From: Isurus oxyrinchus
Lineage: Eukaryota
Direction: 5' to 3'
Length of the DNA: 64,000 nucleotides
Assembly: GCA_026770705.1 (NCBI GenBank)
Contig: JANJGN010000021.1
Span: forward strand, 90,334,001-90,398,000
Made by a program: the position numbers and the translations under genes. Under the pieces are notes generated by a model, which saw nothing but the letters and a program-made list of their open reading frames with translations, was not told the DNA's origin and made no database searches. Positions 63,411 to 64,000 of this stretch are shown here, piece by piece. Each line of letters opens with the position of its first letter. The first letter of the stretch is position 1.

Positions 63411-64000
63411 GTAAAATGCTTTTTTTTTCTACATTGTTGATTGTAAATCTAATGTTGCAAACACCGACTATATTTTGGAATCTGCTTGAGTCAAGCAACC
63501 ACGCTTATATCACTGCCCATTTTCCTAAGCATTTATTCCGTACTAATTTGACTTCAGCTTTAAAGGAAAGCTCTTTTCATTCTGAAATCCTGAAGGCATA
63601 AGAGGTTGAGGATAGCGATGGTGTGTGAAATCTGCTTCCACATCGTGGATTGTAAGCAGGTGAAAGGCTGAGTATTTGGAGTAGGTGCAATAAAAAATGT
63701 TTCGTCCAACAATGGCCATCCCATTAATATCCTTCTCAAATAACATTACATACACAGGATGCAATCGTGTGTGTGTATGCAGCGAAATTATTTAATGGCA
63801 ATCAGATGTTTTGAATTCAATAAGGCAGACTGTAACATGAATATGCTAACCATCGAGAAAGCACATCACACCTGTCTCAAGATGTACTCAGGCCACAGAC
63901 AAACTTACATTGCAGATGGTTATTTTCTCGATTTCCCAATGCACAGCCTACTTGTCCCCATTATAAGCTCAGTTGATAGCATGCCGTGTTGTCCACTGGG

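Noticed and set aside
1-64000. Prokaryotic systems (CRISPR, operons, rRNA)
   Set aside because: No regular repeat-spacer arrays or long ORFs; the sequence is vertebrate intronic DNA.

Overview
Vertebrate genomic DNA, very probably from a cartilaginous fish. This is inferred only from the repeat landscape, which I recognise from memory: dense decayed CR1- and L2-type LINEs, Penelope-like pieces with inverted ends, and Harbinger Myb/SANT remnants. None of the ORFs in the supplied track looks like a real host gene; most are LINE fragments or chance ORFs. The main signal is invisible to the ORF track: about 18 tiny + strand exons (27, 36 and 21 nt) scattered over 63 kb. All are symmetric phase 1-1 with polypyrimidine-AG acceptors and GT donors (GC in two cases). 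They splice into a stop-free, 178-aa charged helical peptide. The exons mostly alternate 9 aa + 12 aa = 21 aa (three heptads), with hydrophobic residues in coiled-coil register. The array grew by intragenic duplication (three paralogous block pairs are visible) and includes one exon with a dead donor. Neither the start nor the end of the gene is identifiable in the window, so its family is unresolved; a butyrophilin/BG-like cytoplasmic tail is one hypothesis. Repeat boundaries are approximate, and all splice calls are manual predictions without transcript support.
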